DNA from: a virus
Lineage: Duplodnaviria; Caudoviricetes
Virus record (IMG/VR): IMGVR_UViG_3300020042_010029
Location: 1 to 43,715 of that record
Length of the DNA stretch: 43,715 bases
Direction: 5' to 3' (one strand)
Shown here: one piece after another, positions 9,877-18,924 of the stretch
Position numbering within the stretch: the first letter of the stretch is position 1
Layout of the letters: each line of letters starts with the position of its first letter
The notes under the pieces: generated by a model
The model's input: the letters and a program-made list of their open reading frames with translations, nothing else
What the model was told of the DNA's origin: nothing
Databases searched by the model: none
Translations under genes and position numbers: made by a program

Positions 9877-10303
9877 TAAAATTGACGAGTTAATTGTAGG
9901 ATTAGACAGAGAAATGGCTAATGCCGAGCAAATAGCCCTTAACACCATGTTAGGGGCTTATTCGTATAGAATATTCAATTTAGGTAATGATTCTAATGGC
10001 AGGCAAATAGGTAACTACAAGGTTGGTCCTTACAAACGCAAGAGAGCAAGAAACGGAAAAGAGGTTGCCTATGTAAACCTGGACTATAACAGCGGATTAA
10101 GATTCGCGATTGTTGTAGAGAATGTAAACGGGAAATGGGTACTAAAGTTTAACAACGCAGAAGCAGCTAAAATAGCAGGATATCAGCACGAACGGTACAA
10201 AAAACCAATATTTGAGCCGTCCAAGGAAGAGATTTCCATTGCTAAAGAAGCGTTTGACGATTATTTAAAGGAAAAAATACAAGAAATATTCAACTCATGG
10301 TAA
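9851..10303 (+). CDS. Tail completion/virion morphogenesis protein (HK97 gp10-like)
   Basis: 150 aa, basic YKRKRARNGK segment followed by VNLDYNSGLRFAI (vnL..tG.lr.si-type motif). Confidence 0.6.
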   Translation: MSMKTTLADKIDELIVGLDREMANAEQIALNTMLGAYSYRIFNLGNDSNGRQIGNYKVGPYKRKRARNGKEVAYVNLDYNSGLRFAIVVENVNGKWVLKFNNAEAAKIAGYQHERYKKPIFEPSKEEISIAKEAFDDYLKEKIQEIFNSW

Positions 10304-12102
10304 ATATCATTTTAAAATACTTGGAACAACCACTAAAGGCTTATATGCCATATTTAAACGTGGTTGATTCGCCAGTGATCAAGCTATCAAACGGCAAAAT
10401 TTATAAGGGCAGCGGCTCAGAAAAACAAGAGGTTTGCATATCGGATTCGGTTGGCAACGCTCTATACGTCCGACAAACGCAGCCTGAAACGTTTAGAGAG
10501 CTAAAAGCAATAAGCAGTAGTCATAAGCAATACCAAGTAAACGCCCGTTGTAGAGCGTTGTTTTATACATTCGGGACAAATGATTTTAAAGTATCTGAAG
10601 ATAAAGTTAAGAGCGGATTGCAAGCGGCTTTAAATAAAGTCAATTTTAACCAATATACGGGGACTTCTACTGATATTGTAATAACTATCAACTCAGCTTC
10701 GTTTGACGCAGAGAAGCTATTTAAAGATGAAACGGGTGTAGATTTTAGCGGTAACGAATGGCCAATAATCGTTGCGGTTGATTTTACACTTTCTTATAAC
10801 GATGTAAATTGTAATTCCTGCGATATTGAAGACATTGAGAATCCTTTTATTTGGATTCCTGATGTAGAGCCACAAAACTGCGAAAATAAAGCCGTATGCG
10901 ATGTTGTAGCTGCTTGTCCCGTGATAATAACGTTACAAAGTGAGACAGCTTCATTGCAAGAGCAAATTAATAACCTTCCTGCTGGATTCGGGTGTGATAA
11001 TTTGCCTGAATGTCAAACGATTATTGATATTTTACAAGAAATTGACGACCTTGGAACCACGCTTTCCAATTATATTACTTCTAACAATGATGCCGTTGCT
11101 ACAATTATACAGTCAATAGCAGATTTACAAACTCTACTGCAGGACAATATCGACACGGTTAACACGGCTTTACTAAGTTACATTAACTCTAATGACTCAG
11201 AGATATCAAATATAAACTCAGCTATTGTCACAATCAACCAAACTTTACAAGACTTAGACTCGGCAATTCAAGCGGTTGTAGGTGATTTATGGTTAAAAGA
11301 GGACGTAATCAATAAAGTTACAGATTTTACTGTTTTAGATAACGTTACATATCCAACAACACAAGCTACAAAGGATTTGGTTGATTATTACGTTCAATCT
11401 AACATTAAAATCATAGGAGATTGGGACGCTTCAAGCGGTTCCTATCCTTTAGCAGACGAAAGCAATACGACTCCATTTATCGCACAATGGGGACCAACTA
11501 TGAAAGTAGGTTGGGCGTTCCGTGTTGGTTACGGTCAAGAAGGAACGGTTGACGGTTACGATTATGAGAACGGCGATGTAGTGTACGCTTTAGTTGACAG
11601 CCCTGCTGATACTTCTGCGGATTGGGGAGATTTAGACCATAATTTACAACAAGCGACGGAAAGTTTAAGAGGGACGGCAAAAATTGCAAGTGATATTGAT
11701 GCGCAATCGGGTGCGGATGATGAAAAAATTGTCACTTCTTTAAAACTAGAAAATTGGCGAGTTGCAAAAAAATTACAATCTTCTCAAATTATTAGCATAG
11801 TTTCTTCAGCTACTCCAACAGTAAATGTAGATTCGTACGATATAACTTATGTAAATATCACGGCTCAGGGCGTAGGCATTACGTCTATGAGTTCGGGATT
11901 AAGTGGAACGCCTGCAAACTTTGCTAGATTAATATATCGGATAAAAGACGACGGTACAGCAAGATCAATAACTTGGGGTGCTTCGTTCACGGGAACATTG
12001 CTACCTTTAACAACCGTAGTTAACCAAACGGCTCATATTGGAGCTTATTGGGATTCTACTGTATCTAAATACCGATGCGTTGCGTACGAAACACAAGCGT
12101 AA
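10297..12102 (+). CDS. Multidomain virion protein: terminator-like N-domain, coiled coil and fibre domain, 601 aa
   Basis: Heptad region about aa 210-330; GDWDAS motif; fibre repeat ATESLRGTAKIA...DDEKIVTSLKL; C-terminal IKDDGTARSITW domain. Confidence 0.6.
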   Translation: MVNIILKYLEQPLKAYMPYLNVVDSPVIKLSNGKIYKGSGSEKQEVCISDSVGNALYVRQTQPETFRELKAISSSHKQYQVNARCRALFYTFGTNDFKVSEDKVKSGLQAALNKVNFNQYTGTSTDIVITINSASFDAEKLFKDETGVDFSGNEWPIIVAVDFTLSYNDVNCNSCDIEDIENPFIWIPDVEPQNCENKAVCDVVAACPVIITLQSETASLQEQINNLPAGFGCDNLPECQTIIDILQEIDDLGTTLSNYITSNNDAVATIIQSIADLQTLLQDNIDTVNTALLSYINSNDSEISNINSAIVTINQTLQDLDSAIQAVVGDLWLKEDVINKVTDFTVLDNVTYPTTQATKDLVDYYVQSNIKIIGDWDASSGSYPLADESNTTPFIAQWGPTMKVGWAFRVGYGQEGTVDGYDYENGDVVYALVDSPADTSADWGDLDHNLQQATESLRGTAKIASDIDAQSGADDEKIVTSLKLENWRVAKKLQSSQIISIVSSATPTVNVDSYDITYVNITAQGVGITSMSSGLSGTPANFARLIYRIKDDGTARSITWGASFTGTLLPLTTVVNQTAHIGAYWDSTVSKYRCVAYETQA

Positions 12103-12114
12103 AAAAATTATATT

Positions 12115-13653
12115 ATGGCTATAAATATATTCACGGGTGCGACAAATCAAAATTACGGAACGTCAACAAATTGGAGTTTGGGCGTTGTTCCAACTGCTAC
12201 TGATGGGCATATAGTTACATTTGATGCTACAAGCCCAAACTGTACAGTTAACGCGTCTAATAGGTTTGCTAATAATATTGACTTTACAGGGTATACTAAT
12301 ACAATAACGTTTACAAATGCTTTAACTGTCAGTGGTAATATAACATTAGCGCCAACTATGAGCATAGCTGGTGCAAACGTACTTGCTATAAACAATAATG
12401 GTACAATAACTACAAACGGAGTTACTTGGCCAAACGGTTTTACTTTTTCAGGTACATCAAAAACTTTTACAATCGTTGGAACTTTAACAGTTTTCGGGAT
12501 AACAAGTTTTAGCGGTGCAACTTCTACAATAGTAAACGGCGGCACGTTATCTTGCTATGGTAGCGTTACAATAGCAAATGCGAGTCATATCATATCGGGC
12601 ACTACTCAATGCAACTTAAACGGAACAACTACTTGGACCCACATTAGTACTTCAACTTTTGGGCTTCCTTTAAATATTAATACATTAGGCACAGTAACTT
12701 TTAGCAGTGCGGGTTTAAGATATGGCGGTAGTGGCGCAGTTTTAACTTATACGTCGGGAACTGTTGCAGGAACAAAAGATTTAAAAATTTATTCGGGTTG
12801 TACTATAAATACTTCAGGAATGACTTGGACTACTTTTACAAATGCTGCGTCCGTTACAATTACGCTAACAAGTGACTTGAATATTAGTGGTAGCTTCACT
12901 TGTACCGTAAACTCATTAACAATAAATGGCTTATTTAATGTATATGTAGGCGGTAGCATACATAGGAGTACATCAGGTGCATTTAGAGGTTCAGCAACTA
13001 TTGTTTTAAACGGCACGGGAAATTGGACTGACGTATATCCGTCTTCGGAATGGTCAATAAATATGACTATTGACACGCTTGGAACTATTGTATTGGGCTC
13101 AGATATTAGATTTAGAACGGGTTTATTAAAATACGTTCAAGGAACTGTTGACTTTACTACAAATTCTAATGTCTTTACTATTAATCAAGCGGCTACTACA
13201 TTAGATACTGGGTTAATGACATTTAGAACACTTGTATTAAACAATACTATAACTTTAAATTCAACATTAAGAGCAACTAATATTCAATTTGGAAGCGGTG
13301 GACTTTGTACGCTTTTAGGTTCGTTTGGATTTATAGTAAATAATTTTGATTTTATATTGACTTCACGCTCTTTATATTTAACGGCAGGAAATACTTATAC
13401 AATAAATAGTTCAATGACTTGTTTGGCTGCCACCGCAGGCGCAAGAAATACAATACAATCTTCAACTGCTGCTGCCGCTTTCTTGACTTTAACATACGGA
13501 GCAACGCAAGACGTAAGGCATTGCAACGCTACTTGGATTAATAGTAGTGGCGGACAAACAATTTACACTTCGTCAGGTACTTTGAGTAATACTGTTAATT
13601 GGAACGTTGGAGTAGCACCAACTAATCAAGGCAATTTTTTCTTTCTAATGTAA
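12115..13653 (+). CDS. Tail fibre/spike or receptor-binding protein, 512 aa
   Basis: T/G/N/S-rich beta-helix-like repeats, NWSLGVVP motif, C-terminal GNFFFLM. Confidence 0.7.
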   Translation: MAINIFTGATNQNYGTSTNWSLGVVPTATDGHIVTFDATSPNCTVNASNRFANNIDFTGYTNTITFTNALTVSGNITLAPTMSIAGANVLAINNNGTITTNGVTWPNGFTFSGTSKTFTIVGTLTVFGITSFSGATSTIVNGGTLSCYGSVTIANASHIISGTTQCNLNGTTTWTHISTSTFGLPLNINTLGTVTFSSAGLRYGGSGAVLTYTSGTVAGTKDLKIYSGCTINTSGMTWTTFTNAASVTITLTSDLNISGSFTCTVNSLTINGLFNVYVGGSIHRSTSGAFRGSATIVLNGTGNWTDVYPSSEWSINMTIDTLGTIVLGSDIRFRTGLLKYVQGTVDFTTNSNVFTINQAATTLDTGLMTFRTLVLNNTITLNSTLRATNIQFGSGGLCTLLGSFGFIVNNFDFILTSRSLYLTAGNTYTINSSMTCLAATAGARNTIQSSTAAAAFLTLTYGATQDVRHCNATWINSSGGQTIYTSSGTLSNTVNWNVGVAPTNQGNFFFLM

Positions 13654-13658
13654 TTTAT

Positions 13659-13666
13659 TACATTTG
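13659..13666 (+). promoter_or_regulatory. Possible promoter for the glycosyltransferase cassette (near-leaderless)
   Basis: TACATTTG ends 3 nt before ATG 13670. Confidence 0.45.
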
Positions 13667-13669
13667 GGA

Positions 13670-14305
13670 ATGGAAAAAATAGATTTTACGGTACTAATAC
13701 CTGTTTATAACACACCGCCCGAACAACTTATTGAATGCGTTTATTCGCTTTGCCCTGCTAATCAAAGCATAGAGCAAGACTATAAAATAGTTATTATTGA
13801 CGACGGTTCATGCGAGATTGGAACTTGCGATGCTTTAGAATTTTTGAAACGTTCGCTTGACGTTAAAGTCCATCATTTTCCGCAAAATAAAGGCGTTTCT
13901 GCTGCTTTAAATATGGGGCATGAGTTAATAGACACGGAATATATTGCGCTGAGCGGCTCGTCAGATATATCCTTCAGGGAACGCTTTAAAATACAAACAG
14001 ACCATTTACTTGAAAACCCCGATATTGATGTACTAGGCACAAATTTATTCTCATTCTTAAATTCCGATTACAATAGAAAGGCATTGTATACAAGCACTCA
14101 CGCCTACGAAACTACTTTAAAGGAACGCTCAGAGGGTTGGCTTACCAATCACGGAACTGTAATTTACAAAAATCAAAGTGTTAAAGATGTTGGCGGGTAC
14201 AAGTTACCCGGACGGGCACAAGACGTTGATCTTTGGAAGAGAATGGCTATATCAGGTAAAAAGATAAGAACATTAAAACAAGTTTTGTACGCTTGGCGCA
14301 AATAA
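13670..14305 (+). CDS. Glycosyltransferase family 2
   Basis: VLIPVYN, IIDDGS, NKGVSAALN, VGGY and QDVDLWKR motifs; the usual DxDD site reads SGSSD. Confidence 0.9.
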   Translation: MEKIDFTVLIPVYNTPPEQLIECVYSLCPANQSIEQDYKIVIIDDGSCEIGTCDALEFLKRSLDVKVHHFPQNKGVSAALNMGHELIDTEYIALSGSSDISFRERFKIQTDHLLENPDIDVLGTNLFSFLNSDYNRKALYTSTHAYETTLKERSEGWLTNHGTVIYKNQSVKDVGGYKLPGRAQDVDLWKRMAISGKKIRTLKQVLYAWRK

Positions 14306-14306
14306 T

Positions 14307-14423
14307 ATGGCAAATAGAAGGTTTAAAAAAAGAAGGGATTACACGGCACTTTGGGCTTATTGTGTTATTATAGGTTTATGCCTATCCTTTTGGTTAACGT
14401 TGATTTATTTATTTATTTTATGA
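14307..14423 (+). CDS. Small single-TM protein, 38 aa (not in the ORF track)
   Basis: MANRRFKKRRDYTALWAYCVIIGLCLSFWLTLIYLFIL; ATGA overlap with the GT2 start at 14420. Confidence 0.55.
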   Translation: MANRRFKKRRDYTALWAYCVIIGLCLSFWLTLIYLFIL

Positions 14424-15115
14424 AAGTAAGTGTGATAATGCCTACATTTAATAGGCTTAATTTGCTCAAAAGAGCTATAAAATCATTTGAAGCGCAAGAT
14501 TATATTGACGCTGAGTTGATAATCTTGGACAACGGATGCACGGATGGCAGCAGCCAATTTTTAGCCAATTTAAGCAACCCGAATATAAAACTGATATCTA
14601 ATACAACCAACAACCCAAAAGGCTCACTGAACAAACTTTGGCTGTATTCTGAAGCCGATTTGATATGTCAGCTTCACGATGACGACGAACTCACGAAAAG
14701 TAGTATCACGGATAGAGTAGAATTGTTTAAACGCAACAAGTTCGTTGAGGTTGTTTACGGTGGTTGGATAAATCAGAAGATAGATAAAACTGCACTTGGA
14801 ACGTTTAAGGCGCAAGCCCCGAATCCCTGCAGAATGCTTCAAAATGAGTATATCAACTTTACTACTATGATGTGGAAAAACAGCATAAAGGATAGGTTTA
14901 TGTTCGATGAAGAAATGGAATTTCAAGTGGATTCGTTATTTAAAATACGTTGTGGCATGGAAACTTCAATGTCTTGCGTTGAAAATCCCGTAATGCTTTA
15001 CACTATCCATCAAGCGCAAGCTACTTATAAAATGAGGGCAACGGGAATGCTTGAAGTAGAAAACAAAATGCTTAGAACCAAAATAAATAACTTATATAAA
15101 GGCTTGTTTTTATGA
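14420..15115 (+). CDS. Glycosyltransferase family 2
   Basis: VSVIMPTFNR, ILDNGCTDGS, LHDDD; probable start MKVSV at 14420. Confidence 0.92.
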   Translation: MKVSVIMPTFNRLNLLKRAIKSFEAQDYIDAELIILDNGCTDGSSQFLANLSNPNIKLISNTTNNPKGSLNKLWLYSEADLICQLHDDDELTKSSITDRVELFKRNKFVEVVYGGWINQKIDKTALGTFKAQAPNPCRMLQNEYINFTTMMWKNSIKDRFMFDEEMEFQVDSLFKIRCGMETSMSCVENPVMLYTIHQAQATYKMRATGMLEVENKMLRTKINNLYKGLFL

Positions 15116-16020
15116 GAATATTAAACTTATCATACGATGATTACGCAAATTTTGCTCACGAAAACGCCAACGCTTTGCGTTCTATTGGTGTAGATTGCGA
15201 TGACCTTAAAAAGGTCAAACATTCCTTTGGCTATAAAACTGAGTCAAAGCTGGGTGACAGCGATAAGATAAAACGAGCTATTGCCACGGCTGATGTAGTT
15301 CAGCTATTTCACTCGGATAGTACTTGGTTGGACTATTGTGTAGCTGCAGGCAAAAGAGTAATGGTATACCATACGGGGACCACGTATAGAATGAATCCTA
15401 CACACTTAAACTCTATTTTTAACGGCAAGGTTGAAATTGCTTTCGCCGACCAATGTGAGTTTATTGGATTAGGGATGAAGAATGAAACTTATATAGCTAC
15501 TGCGATTGATACGGATTCCATCAAGCCTGCCGTTTGGAAGACTGTTCACCCTTATATGGCGGCTCACTATCCAAGTAATCCAGGTGTTAAGGGCAGCGTC
15601 AAGATTATAGAAATGGTTAAGAGTATTGAAGGCGTTGCTTTCTTATACTCAGATACGATTCTGAAGCACGCAAATCAGTTGGACCGAATGAATAATTGCG
15701 ACATTTATATAGAATTATTCAATACTAAGCAAAACGGCAAACCGTACGGATGCTATGGGGTTACAGCGTTCGAAGCGGCTGCATTGGGCAAGGTTGTTAT
15801 AACTAACAATATCAATACTAAGGCTTATGCTGATTCCTATGGGGATTGCGCTCTTGTTATAGCTAATTGTGAAACTACCTTTAAAACTAAATTGGAGTGG
15901 TTGCTTGGATTATCTGAAAAAGATATGGTATATTTACAAAACCAAAGCAGGGAATGGGTAGTAAATAAACATTCGTACCAAGCAACGGGAAACAAATTAA
16001 TAAAACTTTTAACTAAATAA
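15112..16020 (+). CDS. GT-B fold glycosyltransferase (GT4-like)
   Basis: MRILNL start, IDTD motif, YGVTAFEAAALGKVVITN, REWVVNKHSY. Confidence 0.85.
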   Translation: MRILNLSYDDYANFAHENANALRSIGVDCDDLKKVKHSFGYKTESKLGDSDKIKRAIATADVVQLFHSDSTWLDYCVAAGKRVMVYHTGTTYRMNPTHLNSIFNGKVEIAFADQCEFIGLGMKNETYIATAIDTDSIKPAVWKTVHPYMAAHYPSNPGVKGSVKIIEMVKSIEGVAFLYSDTILKHANQLDRMNNCDIYIELFNTKQNGKPYGCYGVTAFEAAALGKVVITNNINTKAYADSYGDCALVIANCETTFKTKLEWLLGLSEKDMVYLQNQSREWVVNKHSYQATGNKLIKLLTK

Positions 16021-16024
16021 TATC

Positions 16025-16363
16025 ATGGATTGCTGTTTAAATCAACTTGGTAGATTCGCTCATAATAGCCCTATAAACACGGGAATCGTTACGGATGAGT
16101 CAGGCTCACATAAAGTCTATTTTACCGCACCGACGGGCGGCACTTTTACGCTTCTTTTTAACTTAGAAGCAGGCGACGAACTTATTGTACCCGTTGGCAA
16201 ATTAAACGAAAATATGACCTATACGTTTAGAGTAGAAAAGCCAAGTGAAGATTTTATACTTGTTGACGATTGTAATAAATTTGAACTAATAACCATTATA
16301 AACTCTCAAATCGATGATTGCACTGACCCTTGCGACGAAACTCCTACTAACTACTACGGTTAG
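16025..16363 (+). CDS. Hypothetical beta-rich, Cys-containing protein, 112 aa
   Basis: ORF packed in the late operon; 5 Cys. Confidence 0.6.
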   Translation: MDCCLNQLGRFAHNSPINTGIVTDESGSHKVYFTAPTGGTFTLLFNLEAGDELIVPVGKLNENMTYTFRVEKPSEDFILVDDCNKFELITIINSQIDDCTDPCDETPTNYYG

Positions 16364-16730
16364 TTGTGTATTAGCGGCTTTATTAGCCTTATTCTCATAT
16401 TTTATTGACTTCTGCCTATGGCGTGGAAATATATTTGATTTTTACCTGCCGTACTTGGCAAAGGTAATTACCAAGCGTTTTTATAAAGCTAAGTTTGACA
16501 ATATTTCCAAGATAACCGACAAAGAAATGCGCGACGAAGCTTTCGTTGAAGCTGTAAATACACACGGCTTCTTTAAAATGTTAGGCGGTTGCGCCATCTG
16601 CTTCAACGTTTGGATAGGATTCTTCACGTTCCCACTTATACATATAGCGTTCGGAATATCTTTTTGGTATATGCCCGTATACTTGTTATTCGCAAGCTTC
16701 TTGCTCAGGAAAATGATGAAGATTGACTAA
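16314..16730 (+). CDS. Membrane protein with CxxC (DUF1360-like)
   Basis: Three hydrophobic segments; LGGCAICFNVWIG resembles the DUF1360 C..C.svW motif. Confidence 0.6.
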   Translation: MIALTLATKLLLTTTVSCVLAALLALFSYFIDFCLWRGNIFDFYLPYLAKVITKRFYKAKFDNISKITDKEMRDEAFVEAVNTHGFFKMLGGCAICFNVWIGFFTFPLIHIAFGISFWYMPVYLLFASFLLRKMMKID

Positions 16731-16748
16731 CTACCAACAAACTACTTG

Positions 16749-16775
16749 AAAGCCCTATAAATTAGGGCTTTTTTT
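16749..16775 (+). terminator. Terminator ending the late operon
   Basis: AAAGCCCTA-taaat-TAGGGCTTT plus T run. Confidence 0.85.
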
Positions 16776-16861
16776 GGCTCTCAACCGTAAAAAAAGCGGT
16801 CTGATTATCTGTTACTTATCTCTAAATTAAAAATATTTTTATATTATTAATATTAAATTAT

Positions 16862-16869
16862 TACCTTAG
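16862..16869 (+). promoter_or_regulatory. Putative early promoter -7 element
   Basis: TACCTTAG (one mismatch to TAnnTTTG) after a very AT-rich tract. Confidence 0.4.
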
Positions 16870-16873
16870 CCGT

Positions 16874-17254
16874 GGCAACCGTTCTTAAACTTTGATTTTC
16901 ACCAAAACACCTGTAAAATCAATAATCGCTCTTTGACATCTTGGGTTAGCACAGTTTACGAGTATACAATATAAGTTTCTCTGTCCCTATACAACGAATT
17001 GACCATATCGGTTGCTTAGTAGTTGTAGTTTGCAAAGGTAACGCATACGGACTAGCATAAATAGCATAGAGATTGAAGGCAAGCAGATTTGCGCTTATGG
17101 GCTATCAGATAACGACAACCCCGACACACAGACGGGGCAAACATCACGGCTAGGATGGTTCAACGTGTGGCTACGTTGATTTAAAAGTACTTAAAAGCCT
17201 ATAAACCTTGGGGCAGACAATTAAGTTTGTACAGCATCGACGCTACTGCCCCAA
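16874..17254 (+). ncRNA. Candidate structured leader or ncRNA of the early operon
   Basis: No ORF in the track; hairpins at 17119-17137, 17160-17179 and 17208-17254; long-range complementarity between about 16877-16885 and 17152-17160. Confidence 0.35.
16927..16938 (+). promoter_or_regulatory. boxA-like antitermination element
   Basis: CGCTCTTTGACA versus boxA consensus (T/C)GCTCTTTAACA. Confidence 0.6.
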
Positions 17255-17279
17255 CTTAACCAACTAAAAAACAGAAATA

Positions 17280-17537
17280 ATGGCAACCAAAACAATTAAA
17301 TTATCAGAGATTCAACAAAAAATCGTTAACAGATTAGCAAAAGGCGATAAAATAGGGCTTTATCCAACGGGTGACCATTTCGGATATGGCGAATATTACA
17401 GATTTGAAAGCGACAAGCAAGTAGTTCCTTCCAAAACCTTTAAAGCGATGAGAGATAAAAAACTAATTACAGAAGAACACTTGTTAAAATCAGGTTATAT
17501 AATGAACGAAATTATTAAATACAACCCTTACAACTAA
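17280..17537 (+). CDS. Hypothetical early protein, 85 aa
   Basis: First ORF after the control region; AAAAACAGAAATA leader. Confidence 0.7.
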   Translation: MATKTIKLSEIQQKIVNRLAKGDKIGLYPTGDHFGYGEYYRFESDKQVVPSKTFKAMRDKKLITEEHLLKSGYIMNEIIKYNPYN

Positions 17538-17550
17538 AAAAATAGAAACC

Positions 17551-17802
17551 ATGCAAAACGTATCAACTACCACAGATTTAAAAATTATTTTAAGAGAATC
17601 GTTGTTAAAAGCAGGATTCAGAGAATTTACTAAAAGCGATTGGTCAGCCTTCTTGGACGCAGAACGCTTCGATGGTGTAATAGAGCCTATTATCAAGGAT
17701 GAGGATGAAATGGCTGTTATTTTCGACAACAGCGGCTTCCATTCGTACTATGATCACCCGATGGATATGGTATATACAACGTTATTATTTAACGAGCAAT
17801 AA
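17551..17802 (+). CDS. Hypothetical early protein, 83 aa
   Basis: ORF with A-rich leader. Confidence 0.7.
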   Translation: MQNVSTTTDLKIILRESLLKAGFREFTKSDWSAFLDAERFDGVIEPIIKDEDEMAVIFDNSGFHSYYDHPMDMVYTTLLFNEQ

Positions 17803-17805
17803 AAT

Positions 17806-17961
17806 ATGTGTAGAATTGGCTTAAACGGAATGTTAGTTACATATCGCTCAGCGAACGAACTACACAACAAGATTAGTAATATGAAACCGTACAAAGGAAG
17901 CGTCAAACAGACGCTTTTTTCGTACTTAAACCAAGCAAATAAAGCAAAAAAAACAATCTAA
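17806..17961 (+). CDS. Hypothetical protein, 51 aa (not in the ORF track)
   Basis: MCRIGLNGMLVTYRS...KAKKTI exactly fills the gap. Confidence 0.55.
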   Translation: MCRIGLNGMLVTYRSANELHNKISNMKPYKGSVKQTLFSYLNQANKAKKTI

Positions 17962-17972
17962 TAACAGAAACT

Positions 17973-18155
17973 ATGAGCAAAGTAAAAAAAGCCCCTGCAA
18001 AATTGTATAAGCAATTACAATATTTTAGAGATTCAGCACGATTATTTGAGAACGCTGCAATGCAGACTCAGAATGATAAAGATAACGCAGCAAACTACCA
18101 CCGTTGGGCTGATAGAAAGCAAGCAGAGATTGACGAAATTGAAAATAAGCAATAA
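17973..18155 (+). CDS. Hypothetical helical protein, 60 aa
   Basis: ORF with AACAGAAACT leader. Confidence 0.65.
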   Translation: MSKVKKAPAKLYKQLQYFRDSARLFENAAMQTQNDKDNAANYHRWADRKQAEIDEIENKQ

Positions 18156-18160
18156 AAACT

Positions 18161-18418
18161 ATGGAAAATACAGCAGTTTTAAAGTATAAGAAATTTGGAT
18201 ATGGCAGTTATTTTAAACTCAATATTCATCAGAGAATCAACGAGCGTCAACACCGTAACGGTTTAAATATAAACTATCTATTTAGCACCGTAATGAGTAG
18301 TTGTGTGTATTCGGGCTTCAAGAACTATTTACACCCAGTAGTAAACAACGGATTGTATCACCATTGGGGTAAAAATCACAGTAAATATGCTGCTATAATC
18401 AGCGACAACATTAAATAA
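18161..18418 (+). CDS. Hypothetical protein, 85 aa
   Basis: Tightly packed ORF. Confidence 0.6.
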   Translation: MENTAVLKYKKFGYGSYFKLNIHQRINERQHRNGLNINYLFSTVMSSCVYSGFKNYLHPVVNNGLYHHWGKNHSKYAAIISDNIK

Positions 18419-18436
18419 TCATTAAAAACAGAGAAA

Positions 18437-18895
18437 ATGGAAATCAAAAAATCAGATTGTATTGCAGAAATGCAGTTATTGTACAAAACTAAAGTTAAGC
18501 CGTCAGAACGTCCAAAGATAGGAAGCTCAAAGGATTCTTATAAGCAGTTCCAACAGATTCTTGACGAAAATAGTATTGAACACGTTGAAACTATGTACAT
18601 TTTAATGCTCAATAGGGCAAATAAAGTGCTTGGTTGGTATACCTTATCCAAGGGCGGCGTGACGGGTACAGTATGCGACGTTAAAGTGGTTTTGCAACTA
18701 GCTTTAAATTCCAACGCTTCAGCCTTTATACTAGCTCATAATCACCCAAGCGGCAATTTAACGGCAAGCCAAAGCGATATTTTATTGACTAAGAAAATAA
18801 ACGAAGCGGCAAAATTGCTAGATATCACATTATTTGACCATTTAATACTTTCAACTGAAGGCTATTTAAGCATGCAGGATGAAGGATTATTTTAA
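18437..18895 (+). CDS. RadC-like JAB/MPN domain protein (UPF0758)
   Basis: E..., LNRANKVLG, AHNHPSGNLTASQSD and LFDHLI motifs. Confidence 0.92.
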   Translation: MEIKKSDCIAEMQLLYKTKVKPSERPKIGSSKDSYKQFQQILDENSIEHVETMYILMLNRANKVLGWYTLSKGGVTGTVCDVKVVLQLALNSNASAFILAHNHPSGNLTASQSDILLTKKINEAAKLLDITLFDHLILSTEGYLSMQDEGLF

Positions 18896-18924
18896 ACCCA
18901 ATACTAACCATTAAAAACTAAATT

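Noticed and set aside
12115-13653. Fibre as target of a diversity-generating retroelement
   Set aside because: No reverse transcriptase, and no template/variable repeat pair noticed
14351-14419. N-terminal hydrophobic extension on the second GT2 (track start 14351)
   Set aside because: Better explained by a separate 38-aa ORF (14307-14423) coupled to ATG 14420
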